Assembly: GCA_951406725.2 (NCBI GenBank)
Contig: OX597814.1
Location: forward strand, 20,770,001-20,834,000
Direction of reading: 5' to 3'
Length of the DNA stretch: 64,000 nucleotides
DNA from: Octopus vulgaris
Taxonomy: Eukaryota
In this document: in pieces, positions 40,201-54,198 of the stretch
Numbering within the stretch: the stretch's first letter is position 1
Layout: each line of letters starts with the position of its first letter
Program-made: the position numbers and the translations under genes
The notes under the pieces: generated by a model
The model's input: only the letters and a program-made list of their open reading frames with translations
The model's database searches: none
Told to the model about the DNA's origin: nothing

Positions 40201-43200
40201 GAACCTCTAAAATGTCATATTTTTCCTTGATCAATCAACCTGGCTGACATCTGAAAAGTTCTCTATCAGGAGTGGCTGTGTGGTAAGTAGCTTGCTAACC
40301 AACCACATGTTCCGGGTTCAGTCCCACTGCGTGGCATCTTGGGAAAGTGTCTTCTGCTATAGCCCCGGGCCGACCAATGCCTTGTGAGTGGATTTGGTAG
40401 ACGGAAACTGAAAGAAGCCTGTCGTATATGTGTATATATATATATGTATGTGTGTGTATGTGTTTGTGTGTCTGTATTTGTCTCCCTAGCATTGCTTGAC
40501 AACCGATGCTGGTGTGTTTACGTCCCCGTCACTTAGCGGTTCGGCAAAAGAGACCGATAGAATAAGTACTGGGCTTACAAAGAATAAGTCCCAGGTTCGA
40601 TTTGCTCGACTAAAGGCGGTGCTCCAGCATGGCCGCAGTCAAATGACTGAAAAGAGTAAAAGAGTAAAAAGAGTAAGAGTATATCTACATTGCAATCAGT
40701 CTCTTCAAATTAGAAGAAAATCCTTGTTCAATTTGGTTGTTTTCGAACTATTTAATTAAATTATAAACATTAATTTATCTAATAACAAAATTATACTATT
40801 AACAACAATACCTTATCACTTAGTATATATTATTCATTTAGTTAGGTGTGGTTAATATCAAGATTAAATTGATTCCATAGTGTCATACCAAATTGATAAG
40901 CACTTGTTTCCCATAGGAATAAATCTGAGCATCAAAGTGTCGATTAAAGGCATCCATCTGCAAAAAAAGAAAATTTGGTCACAAAATCGTAATACACATT
41001 TTTGTGAAGCGTAACAGAAAGAAAAAAAAAAAACAGTTTAAATCTGAGTCAGGCTTTAGATGTTGCATATCACATAACACTATGTGTGACTGCCCATCAT
41101 ATAAATACTAGCATAATTCAGAAGTATAGACACTAATTTTACAATCATAATACAGTATTCTAGAGTTCATAAACCCTTTCTATTGCATTCGTACTATAGA
41201 ACAAAGTAGTTGAGCCTCACAAAAGAGACGATAGGTGATTTGCTATGCTGGATAAAACCCATCTGTCACAGTGAAAGTGATGTCCTAAAACCATTATGTT
41301 TATGTTTGTATATGTTGGGACATGTGCCCAATCTGCCCCCATCAAGCATTGGCCACATTTCATTTTTCCAACACTCTTCTAACTATAGTACTTCTCAGCT
41401 GCTGTAATCATTTGAGGATAGAATTGGCACATTTTTCAAAACTCCCCCACTGAAACCACATTTTATTAACATCCAACCCTAATTCTTATCCCTTCCCACC
41501 TATTTTCCATGGACAACCCTCTTTCAATGCCTTCAGTTATTTCTCTCTCCCTTCTGAGCTACATCTTAGATCTGTCACATCTCATCTTTAACACAGAAAT
41601 CAGTGAAGAAACTGATGAAGGTTTTATTATGAATTTTTTTTTAAAAGAAAAGAAATGAACCAGTATTAATCAGATCTATAACTAAATGTTAAAAAATGAA
41701 AATGAAAGGAAATATTTTTCTACATACATCATATCTATTACAGACAGCAGTATTTGAAAGAAATTGTTGTGCACTGCACCTCTGTATGCAACTGATATAA
41801 TTTTTATCATTGCCTACATATCACCCAACATATATAAATTATGAGAATTATTTCAACTCAATCATTTCAGGTTGTTGCAAAAATGAAACAAAAATCAGTT
41901 ACATAAAACTCAAAATTTAAGCATCAACTCCATGTTTTATGTATGCTATGGGAGAAACCATTTCATTGCATGCATTTTACATTTAACAATACTATTTGTG
42001 TAGCCTTATAGTTTAAGCATACTTGATTGCATTTTTCATATGACCCACAGCAGGCAAGATGAATAGAGCAGGGTTGTCCATTTCAAATTTAAGTAACCAA
42101 AAAGCAGCATTGACAGAATTATTTTCTTGTTCTAAGTTCACATTCCATCCAGTTAAATTTTGCCTTTCATTCTTCTGGGGTTGGTAACATAAATACCAGA
42201 CACATAGTGAAGGAGAAGAGGGACAATATAATTTACTATATCTCACACCCAAATGTTTGAGGCTATGTGCTGCCTATTTCATAAATCAATATTTAAATAA
42301 CTCGGTAAGGCAATATTAAAAAAATTATGTATGTATGCATGTAGCTAGCTAGCTAAGAAATCATTGATAAAATATTGGTATTTGCTAGCTTGAATAATTT
42401 CTGAGATACACTAGCAGATACTCAAGCAATTAATCAGATAAACTGCTTTACAGTAAGTACCAAGTCAGAATACATTGGATGAGAATGATAATAGTAGTGG
42501 TATATAAATAGAGAACCAAAATATTAAGTGAAGCTAATGTTGTAAACAAGCTGAAGTTGAAAGAAGATATCTCAAAATTTACATACAGAAAAATCTAACA
42601 TTTTTTGCAAAAAGGAGTAAAAAAAAAAAAACATGGTTCCGGGTTCAGTCCCACTGCGTGGCACCTTGGGTAAGTGTCTTCTACTATAGCCTCGGGCCGA
42701 CCAAAGCCTTGTGAGTGGATTTGGTAGACGGAAACTGAAAGAAGCCTGTCATATATATATATATGTATATGTGCGTGTTTGTGTGTCTGTGTTTGTCCCC
42801 CCAACATCGCTTGACAACCGATGCTGGTGTGTTTATATCCTCGTAACTTAGTGGTTCGGCAAAAAGAGACCGATAAAATAAGTACTAGGCTTACAAAGAA
42901 TAAGTCCTGGGGTCGATTTGATCGACTAAAGGCAGTGATCTAGCATGGCCACAGTCACATGACTGAAACAAGTAAAAGAGTAAAAGAGAGTATGCTGGCA
43001 GACCATGATAGGTTGCTTTGGAGCTACTACATATCAGGATTTTGGGGTGGAAATACAGTCATTATTAGTCTTGCAAGGAAACTGCTCCACATTACTGGCT
43101 TTAGAAGAAAATGTGATCAATAAAAATGATGAAACATAAATGTCTTCGACTTGGCCTGAGCATGGACTCAAACCCAAATGAAAATGAAAAAAAATGTGAT

Positions 43201-46200
43201 GAGAACATAGAGAGTCACACCAATGATAAAAATGTTGAGGCTTTTATCACTTAATCTACAAACAGGACTATACATATATTTCTAAAGAAATATACATATA
43301 TTTCTAAGAAACAACATTAACTGTAAAAAACTATTTGTTCTAAAATTGATTTTGAAAACTTTATTTTGGATTCTTTTAAAAAATTAGAACCAAAAACATC
43401 TTAAGCTCACGTTATCTGGATAGCTTGTAAATATACAATTCCAGCTTTCTCAATACCCCTTTCTAGCAGTGACAAATAACACAACTGGATAACATGAAAC
43501 AATTCCGTGTCCCAAGCCATTAACAAAGCACCCTTGAGATTAGCAACATAACAAATTTGTTCAAACAACCGTATGAAGAAAATACTCCCGACAATCGATG
43601 ACCTCAAACAAATATTCTTTGAAATACCATACAACTCTTCTTCATTGCTCGAAATGTAACAATATTCTTGACTATAAAAACATGAAAGAAATACATATCA
43701 GATCTTACGTTGAAACAATACAACAAATTTGCGATAATTTTTTAAAGAGTTCCATGCACCAAAACTCCCAACAGTTATGCATGTAATTAGATGTCTAAAT
43801 ATCTGAGTTGTTAAACGATTATACATTCTTGGACTATTAATCTCATTCTAGAAATGAGATATTTTAAAAATATTTACATCTACATTATGAACAGAGATAA
43901 TATAGGGTAAAAAGACTTTAAACTTGCTGGGGTCAAGATAACCTCTCTAGTGCTGGTGCTATGATAAAATCCATGCACTACATTCGGTAGAGTGGTTGGC
44001 AATAAGAAGGGCATCCATCAATTGAAACCATGCCAAAAAATGTAACTTATTCGCAAGGCATGGTCCCCTACTTATCTAGCAGAGCAGTAACTTTGAATAA
44101 GAACTTAGAAAAGCAGACATAAAATGATGATGATGAATGATACCTATCTTTAATTGGCCTGATCTCTGATCACCATTGGGTGTCGTTTTCCTGGATACGT
44201 ATATAGTACCAGACTGGATGTGAACTAGAAAATGAAATTTCCAAGTTCAAACTCAGGCTTGTACTTTGTATATATCCAGTAATATGACACCTGATGAAAA
44301 TAATCAAAACATAGGATAGATCATCATCATCATCATTTAACGTCTGCTTTCCATGCTAGCATGTGTTGGACGAATGACTGAGTGCTGGCGAACCAGATGG
44401 CTGCACCAGGCTTCAATCTTGATCTGGCAGAGTTTCTACAGCTGGATGCCTTTCCTAACGCCAAGCACTCCGAGAGTGTAGTGGGTGCTCTTGCGTGCCA
44501 GTCAGGCGGTACTGGCAACGACCTCGCTTGAATCTTTTACACATGCCACTGGCACAGGTGCCAGTAAGACGATGCTGCCAACACCAGCAACTCTGTGAGT
44601 GTAGTGGGTGCTTTTACGTGCCACTGGCACGAGGGCCAGTCAGGCGGTACTGGCAATGACCACGCTCAAATGGTGTTTTTTTATGTGCCACCTGCACAGG
44701 AGCCAGTCCAGTGGCACTGGCAACGACCTCACTCGAAAGTTTTTCAGGTGCCACCGGCACAAGTGCCAGTAAGGCGAAGCTAGTAACGATCACACTCAAA
44801 TGGTGCTTTTTATGTGCCACAGGCATGGAAGCCAGTTAGCCACTCTGGCAATGATCATGTTCAGATGGTGCTCTTAGTGCTCTACTAGCATGGATGCCAT
44901 TCATCGAATTTGATTTTGATTTCGATTTCACTTGCCTCAACAGGTCTTTGCAAGCAGAGTTTAGCATCCAATGAAGGAAAGGTACGTGTAAGTGGGCTGG
45001 TTACACCCCTGGCATAGGCCACAAGGTTATGGTCTCATTTGGCTTGCTGGGTCTTCTCAAGCACAGCATATTTCCAAAAGTCTCGGTTACTAGTCATTGC
45101 CTTGGTGAGGCCTAATGTTCGAAGGTTGTGCTTCACCACTTCATCCCAGGTCTTCCACAGGTTCCCTCAACCACTAGAGTGTGACACTTTTTCACACAGC
45201 TATCCTCATCCATTCTCGCCACATGACCATACCAGCGCAGTTGTCTCTCTTGTACACTACATCTGATGCTTCTTAGGTCCAACTTTTCTCTCAAGGTACT
45301 TACACTCTGTTGAGTATGCACACTGACATTACACATCCAGCGGAATATATTGGCTTCATTCCTTGTGAGCTTACGCATGTCCTCAGCAGTCACGGCCTAT
45401 GTTTCACTGCCATGTAGCATGGCTGTTCGTACACATGCATCATACAGTCTATCTTTTACTCTGAGCGAGAGGCCCTTTGTCACCAGCAGAGGTAAGAGCT
45501 CTCTGAACTTTGTCCAAGCTATTCTTACTCTAGCAGCTACACTGTCAGTGCACCCTCCCCAGCTACTGACTTGGTCACCTAGGTTTCAGAAGCTATCAAC
45601 TACTTCTAGTTTTTCTCCCTGGAATGTGGTGGAAGTTGTTCTCTGCACATTTCCAATGTTTATTGCACCCAAGCATCTGCCACATACAAAAGCTATCTTC
45701 CCAGTTAGCCTTCCTTTGATATTACTGCACCTCTTATGTGTCCATAGCTTACACTGGGTACATCTTATAGAGTTTCTACCTACGCCTCTACTACAGATCA
45801 AGCAGGGCCATCTACCTGAAGGGATTTCTGGTTTGCCTGCCTTACTACTTATTAGGACTTTGGTTTTAGCTAGGTTGACTCTAAGGCCCTTCGATTCTAA
45901 TCCTTGTTTCTATACTTGAAACTTCTCTAGTTCTGATAGTGACTCAGCAATTAGAGCAAGGTCATCAGCATAGAGGAGCTCCCAGGGATATCCTGTCTTG
46001 AATTCCTCTGTTATTGCCTGGAGGACTATGATAAAAAGGAGGGGGCTGAGGACTGAAACTTTGTGGACCCCTACCTCTACCCTGAATTCTTCAGTTTACT
46101 CGTTGCCAACCCTCACCTTACTGACAGTGTCCCTGTACATGGCTTGCACGGCTCTCATTAACCATTCATCTATCCCTAGTTTCCTCACTGACCACCAGAT

Positions 46201-49200
46201 AAGGGATTGGGGGACCCTGTCAAAGGCTTTCTCCATGTCAACGAAAGCCAGACACAGAGGCTTATCTTTGGCTAGGTATTTCTCCTGCAGCTGTCTTACC
46301 AGAAATATAGCATCAGTGGTGCTTTTCCCTGGCATGAAACCAAATTGTATCTCATCTAAACTGACTCTCTCCCTAATTAGTTGGGCTATGACCCCCTCTG
46401 TGACCTTCATTACCTGATCCAACAGCTTGATACCTCTGTAATTATTTGTATCTAAAGCATCACCTTTACTTTTGTAGCAGTTGACTATTATGCTGCTACA
46501 CCAGTCATTGGGTATGACTCCTTCATGTATCACCTAGTTGACTATACGGGTGACTAGGCTATAGCCGACACTGCCAGATATTTTGAGCATCTCTATAGTA
46601 ATTCCTGATGGACCGGGGGGCTTTCCCTGTCTTCATACTTTTAATTGCTTTATCTACCAAGGTACTGTCAACTCGGATAGCTGGTCCCTCTGTGGGGTCG
46701 ACATTCGGCTGACTCTCTTTCTCCCATTCATTTTCTTTATTCAGTTCACAATTTTGTTTAACAAAATCATTGGTGAATAATACTTAATAATGGTTTTGGA
46801 ATATTTTTTAATACTGTGGTTATATGCATTATGGCCAACATATCAACCTCAACAGAAAAGACTTTTAATAATCACATAACTTCCTTTAAACATTTTAGAA
46901 TTAATGACAAGGATGAATAAATGAATGAAAAATGTTTTTCTTATGAAATGATAATTATATTTCAGACAATTAAAATTGTAAAGACATACGTGATTAGCTG
47001 TACTGCTGATAACGGGTGTTGGTTTATATTTAAGATTGGGTCGCTGTGACCAGTACAATGGTATTGAACCACGACTCTGTAAATAAGAAATTAAAAAAAG
47101 ATAATTTACATACTTCCATCATTTAGATATTTACTCCAGTTATGCAAAAATTATTTTCATTAGAAATATATTTTTTAAACTTCTAATTATCTGCTATAGA
47201 TATCCTAAAATGTAGAGCTCAAGACCATATAATTTTTTACTGAGCAAGTGAAGAAATTTAATTTAAATGATATCTAAATTTTAAATTATTAAAAAATGGA
47301 AATTAGACTGGTTTAAAAACTTTTAGCTCCTGTATTTGGCTGAACCTATGCTCCATAGCAAGTGTAGGAGTTGGCTACAGGGCATAGGCTTGGTTGAAAG
47401 TAGACTTGGGTAAGACATAAGATGATTTTTCTTACTGCAAGCAAAGTGACAAAAAGCAAAGAATTGTCAAAGATTCACTTAGTTTTAAATGTAGATCTAA
47501 AAACATAAAATTCAAGAGTCAGTCTGTGTTACAAAATTTACTTATTGCTAAAGCATAGAAACTGAACAATAATCAGAAACAATGCTAGTACTTAGTATAT
47601 TTGAAAACCAGAAGTGAGTAAATAAGATTGAGTTAGAAAATCTTATGAAATATGGAACATTACTCTCATTGCTCCCCTTCTTTACCAATCTAAAATTGCA
47701 GGTTTATAATTTTCAAAGTTAGTTTAATATTACAAAGATAACCCATTCCTTTAAATTTCCTTTTCTGTTTCTACTCCCTTAAACCTTACAAACAGAGAAA
47801 CTTAATAAAAAATTTTTAAATGCTTTTATTTCCATTGAAAATAGCAAGGCATCAATTTTTGCGAAGTTTTAAAAATGGAATAAAATTGCTTTTAATGTAA
47901 AAGAAAAAACCGTTTAATTGGTAATTTGCGATATAAAAAATATTTACCTGCACCAAGGAACATTTATGGCCATCATAGAGAAGTATTTGTTCAGTTTCCA
48001 CAAAATTAGCTGCCTGTCCCTCTGAATCTAAGCCTCGCATATAAAATCTAGTACCAGCCCTGTAAACTGATCTTCTGGAAATTAAAATATAGTCTATGGC
48101 CTTATTGTTGACTGTACAAGAGCGTATACATACAACTGATGAAAATGTCAAGGAAAAAGTATAAAAGACACTAGAAAATGTAATTATTATTAAAAGTGAT
48201 TCTTTTATGAACATGAAGTCATGTTAGTAAGAGCTGGATTGTTTCAGATGCCAAATAACCAAGTGTTAACAGAATAGTTGGCTTCTTCTTAGTACTAATC
48301 ATGATTATGTATTGACATCCATACCTCATGGAAAACAAGAATGACTAACTTGAAGAGTGAAAGGTGCTCTACCTAAAATTAATACAATACGTGTGGTTGA
48401 ATTTGAAACTGTACACTGTTGATCCAGAGTCTTAAGCCCACAGGTAGATTATATAAAATGGAAATGAAATTTACACAAATTGGATATTGTAAAGCAATAT
48501 ACTAATGCATTTTCACATTACTTCCTTGAATTTAGAAAAGCTCTTTGTTAGAGTATATTCTCTTGAAAAAGTGACATCTACAATACATAATGTCTTTTTC
48601 ACATTACAACTTAAAAACATACATCTGTTTTTGCTCTAATGGGTACAGGGGATGGTTATAGACACAAGAATGGGAATGTTAAGAGTTTCACAACCACTTG
48701 TTTTCAGGTTCAATCCCACAGCACATCACCATGAGCAAAAGTGCCTTCTATTATAGTCCTAAACTAACCAAATCCTTTTGAGAGATTTCAGTATACAGAA
48801 ACTTAAAAGAAGTCATGTGTGTCTTGACGTTGCACCTCTTTGGTAGCATCAATGGAGAGATGTAGCTTTCAGCCATAATGAAAGCAAGACATGTAGGAAG
48901 GTAGTAATTTAAACTCTAGTTCTCATGATGCAGAAAAATGCATCCAGTTCATGTTGTGAAGTGGTTGATGATAAGAAAGTTTTCCAGCTATGATAAATGT
49001 CGTATGTAACAACAAAGATTGGAGGTTTTCTATGATGTTGATATTAGAATTAAATGATGGCAGAAATAGCGAAGAGCTGGAAATGATTATACATCCCAGT
49101 AGTTCTCAACCATTTTTTGCCTATGGACCCCTTTGATTCTTATTTTACTCAGTGGGTGGGGCCTTCAAGACCATTTGATGTCTAAAAACTATTATATTTT

Positions 49201-52200
49201 TAGGATTGAAAATTACTAAGAATAGTATTTTAAAATGTTTAATTATTGTGCATTGCAGAAATATAACCAGTGCATTGTGCATAAATTTTAACAACAAAAT
49301 CTTAAATGAATCCCCAAAGGCCATATTGAACCCGGTTGAAAACCACTGATTTATAGCAACTAGTTTGCTTCACAGTTATGACTTCAATTTCTACTAGAGT
49401 GACTTTGTCTTTTAGGTAAAATAAATACCAGTAATAATTCCCATTGGCTCAATCAACTATACACTTTCTCCTATAACAATTGGTTAAGATAAATTGTTAG
49501 TTAGTGGTATCATTCTTAAGATTTTCAGCTTTGTTCCTATGTCTCTTACAACAGTTCAGTGTTCAAAACTTACATTTAACTCAAATTAGGAATAAAAGGA
49601 GTTTCATAACAATAAATAAATACAAAAATTAAAATTTGGTAAAAAGATACATCCATGAATTACTGGTAGACAAAATTTTCCAAGTTCTGGTTGTTGGGCT
49701 AGCTCTCTGGTGATATGACCATTCCAAATAAATTGTGGATCACCCTGTTACATAAATATAGAATAGATGACAATCAAAACTCATCACAGCCTTAAAGTGA
49801 AAATTGAGGAGTAAAAGTGAAAGAATAGAGTGAAGTAACTCAAGAAAAACTGAAACAAGAAAAATGGGTGAGGTCAAAGGTTCTCAACAGTACAAAAAAA
49901 AAAAAGGATAGTCACTGATTATTAACACTCATGAATTTATTCAATGATTTTACTTTTTCACACAATTTGTTATTATTGATGATTATGAAGATGCTGCTGC
50001 TGCTATTGATGATGATAGTGAATTTGCTTACTCTACAGTTAATAAACTATATTTCTTGTATGCGTAAATTTGAAAGAGTTTTAAAAGTTTGCAAATACAC
50101 ACAAGAGAAAAAGTCTTTATTTCTTTTGTATGTTACAATGCTGGCAGTTAAAACATACTAAAACATCTGCTACATAGCTGAAAGCATTTAAATACTTCAT
50201 AACAAAATCTAAATAAGTAGGTTCACAATAAACTATTCACCAACAAAATTAAAACTCCACTCTCATATATTATATAGTAAAGTACTACTTGTATTTCTGA
50301 AACAGAGCAGCTGTTACGCACAAAAACATTTTAGATTCTATCTTAAAACGGCCATCTGATTGATTAGCAAATTATCACCCATACACACTGCAACTTCTTA
50401 TGTGGAGTGTTCTCTTTCTGTATCTTCTAATGTTACAATTCCTGCTTCTCTAAACAAGTATACATTTTACTACCTTGTACCAGATGACCAAATGCACACT
50501 CCTCTCCTAATCTGCACCATGTCTCATTCTTCAAAGCCCATACTAAACATGTTCTTCTTTTCTTCTTATAACTTCCTTTTATTGGAATTCCCTTCCTACC
50601 CACATTTTAAATACAAGCATCAATCTACATAAACTTTAAAAATTATCAACTATACTGACTTAGGTTTTACATTTCTTCCATGGACTCTGTAATATAAAAA
50701 GAAAGCTGTTTTGGTTAAAAGAATTTATTGAAACTGCTTACCCTATCAAAAAGCGGAATGTTCATAAAATCTGGGCTAGTGTTTGCTAACCGCTGTAGGG
50801 AATGGCTTAAATCAAAAGTCGAAGAAAAGTAAAAACCATCTGTTTTAAGGAAACTTTCAACCATCGTTAAATAGACTCTGTTGTCGGTGATCTGAAAATT
50901 GAAGTAAAACAATATTGGAGAACTATTACTCTACACATGATATAAGAAATAAGATGACAAAAAACGGACCTCTAGTGATATGAGCTTCTTGAAAAGACTT
51001 GTTCTCTTCAGCAATGCTATGATTCATACTCTGCACCCATATTACAATGATTCCCCCAACCTCTCATGTATTATGCTCACCTCCCCCACTGGAGACCATC
51101 CAACCATGTCATCTCTTCTAATGCAAGTGTCACAAAAAAGGCACCAAGACCCTGTTGTAAATGGGTTGATGCAAGGAAGAGCATCAAACCTTAGAAACCA
51201 TGCCAAAGCAGACATTGGAGCATGATGCAATCCTTGGTCACATCAGATCCTGTCAAACAGTCCAATCCATGCCAGTATGGAGTATGAACATTAACGATGA
51301 TGTGTAATGTGGAATCAGACGAAAAAAAACATTCATACGAGAATTATCCTACCATTCAAACTCAAAATTTGAATTAAACAACTAACTTTGATCTCTTATG
51401 TATGATGTGAAAATTACTAATTTTTTTTTAACATTCACAGAAAGCCTGAAGTTTTGAGGGAGAGTATAATCAATTAAATTGACCTCAGTACTTGGCTTAT
51501 ATTTTATTTTATTCAACTTCCCCCTACCACCAGAAGATTGAAAAGTGAACTTTACCACATAATGTAAAGAGGTGTAACTAAATACCACGAGGCATTGTGC
51601 CCAACATGAAGGATTCTGCTAAATCATTACTTTTGGCAATAAGTGAGGTAAAAGAAATATTAACAAGTACTGTAGGCAGATCTTACAAAAAAAATTATTT
51701 GAAAAATGTTAAACAACAATATTAGATGTTTATGAATTTTATCCATTCATTACAATACTTGTTTAAAGTAGGTGTTTAAAATCATTGAGCCATTGTCTGA
51801 ATCACCATAGAATAAATTCTAGCAGACTGTGTTTATGATACAGTTTTAGTGCTCCAAAACATTGTGAGGCTAGGAGGTAGAGAAGAAAATGATGAACCCA
51901 GTTGTCAAAACCTGCTCTTCTTTCCAGGTTGTTCTACTCTCATTGTCAGAAGATTTGAGTTATTAAGACTGGACATGAGCCAACTCTTGGTCTGAAAGTG
52001 CATCAACCTCGATGATGATGGTGGAAGTTGCATTGCCTCCAGCCACCCCTACCATCATAATTATTTCACATCTGCTTTCTATGTATGTTGTTACAATACA
52101 ACTAAATATGCATCTTTTATTTAAAGACAAACTAAAAAGTGCTGAACTTGGTGCCACTCATTAGGAAAGCCAGGGAAGAAAAGAAATGCTAATTGCTCAT

Positions 52201-53731
52201 TGGTTGATGAAATTAAATACTGTCCTTCAGTGGTTTGTGATCAAAAAATTTTGCCTGTCCAGTGAAAGAAGAGTGCAACAAGACCATGATACAGCCCAAT
52301 TTGTAATATGAAATATGTGGCCATATTACTGAGGTGATGACACACTGACCATGAAACATTGATTAATGAACAAAATATATATTTTAAAAACTAAAAATAT
52401 TCTTGAAACTTTCCATAGGAAATTTCTTAACACAAACCTGTTTTTCTGTGAGGTGAAGCATAGTTCGTTTGTAAGAATAAATCTCTGTGTCTGTAATCTT
52501 CCATATTGAATGTCCATTAATTTCACCAACTTTACTTTTTTGGGATATCACAATGAGATAAGGTCCTGAAGACAGAATCAGCAATAATAAATGTTCTGAA
52601 ATCCAATGTCTATAAAATTAAAAATTATCAAAAATGACAACAGCAGCAAACTCATTAGTCACAAGTTGGCTCTGACCCACAATCTGAATAATGGAAGATG
52701 AAAGAAAAGACCATCTCTTGTAGAAAGAGCTCATTCTCATGAAAATTTTAAATCAATTTGGTTTCGGATTTGGAATGAAAACAAGAATTTTGACTATAAT
52801 GTATCAGGAAAGAATACTGTACCATAGACAATAAAGCATATATTACTGACTTTAAAACTCACTTAAGTTGTTGTAAATCTGCATAATATCAAGGTATCAA
52901 GAAAAGAGTTAAAACTTGGATACTGGTATAAGATATTGATAGTGTACAGAAGGCCACACACATGTATCTTTAAAAGAACTATGCTAATACATACCAAATT
53001 AACTTACCATGGCACAGACAAATCTTTTAACTGAGAATGAAACAACCACTTGGCCAAAACTATAGACATATTGCTTGCTTAAACATGAGGTATAAGATGT
53101 TTAAAGCAGGGCTTCCAAAATTATTGTGAATCCAACAAGATAAGAACAGATAAGCAGTAGGTGGTAAAAAGACTGTGCAGGTATACTGAACAACTTTTAA
53201 TTAATAAAGATGTACTATCTTATGTCTAAAAACACCATAGAAACCTTATAACAGTATGGCTTGCATACAAAAAGATGTTGCCTAGTTTCTCTCCACATTC
53301 AACAAAACTACCAAATGCTCTAGTTACTGCCTTTGAAAGTCTTGTAAAAGGCTTGTAACTAAAAGTATCATAATTTTTCTGATGTTAGAGAATGAGCAAA
53401 GAATATTACATCAAACTTTAAAAAATCTGAAAATAGAAATTTTCCTCTTACAACTAGATAATAGTCTATGATGACTTTACAGTATGAGTACTGCTATCAA
53501 TGTATGAGATAACTGATTGAACCATAGAGGAAATCTGCTTTATTGATATTAAGATTAAAATGCTGACATAACTGAAAGCTTCTGGAGAAATAGCAATATT
53601 AACAAATTATTCCAGAGGAAAAGATGGGAAATCAGTCTAGAAATCTGTGAAACAGGAGAAGTAAAAAGCATCAAACAAGCACTCAGAGATAAAGAGAACA
53701 AAATCTTATAAGTTTAGAGTGAATTCTTCTA

Positions 53732-53769
<38 letters not shown>

Positions 53770-53874
53770 GATAGATAGATATACATACATAGACACATAT
53801 ACATATATAAGAGGAATAACCACCAAGGTGGATTCCTAATATGCTAGAAGAAGATGCTTAATTTCTACCCTCAT

Positions 53875-53909
<35 letters not shown>

Positions 53910-54078
53910 TGAGAGATAAAACCACTATTAGGCAAATCAAACAGTGAAAATCATAAGCCAATACATAGAAAAAAATTAATTAAAAAATATAAATATAAAA
54001 TATAAAATTCCAAATTAAAATATTTAAATTAAAGTTAAAATTAAAAAATTTATTTAAATAATTTAAACTTACAAATTT

Positions 54079-54128
<50 letters not shown>

Positions 54129-54167
54129 ATTATTATTATTTTATTTTATTTATTTATTTTTTGTATA

Positions 54168-54198
<31 letters not shown>

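Noticed and set aside
43400-43860. Possible gag-like relic
   Set aside because: Only vague resemblance, many stops; cannot be supported without a search
45350-46417. Long + strand ORFs (189 aa, 139 aa)
   Set aside because: Antisense shadows of the RTE ORF2
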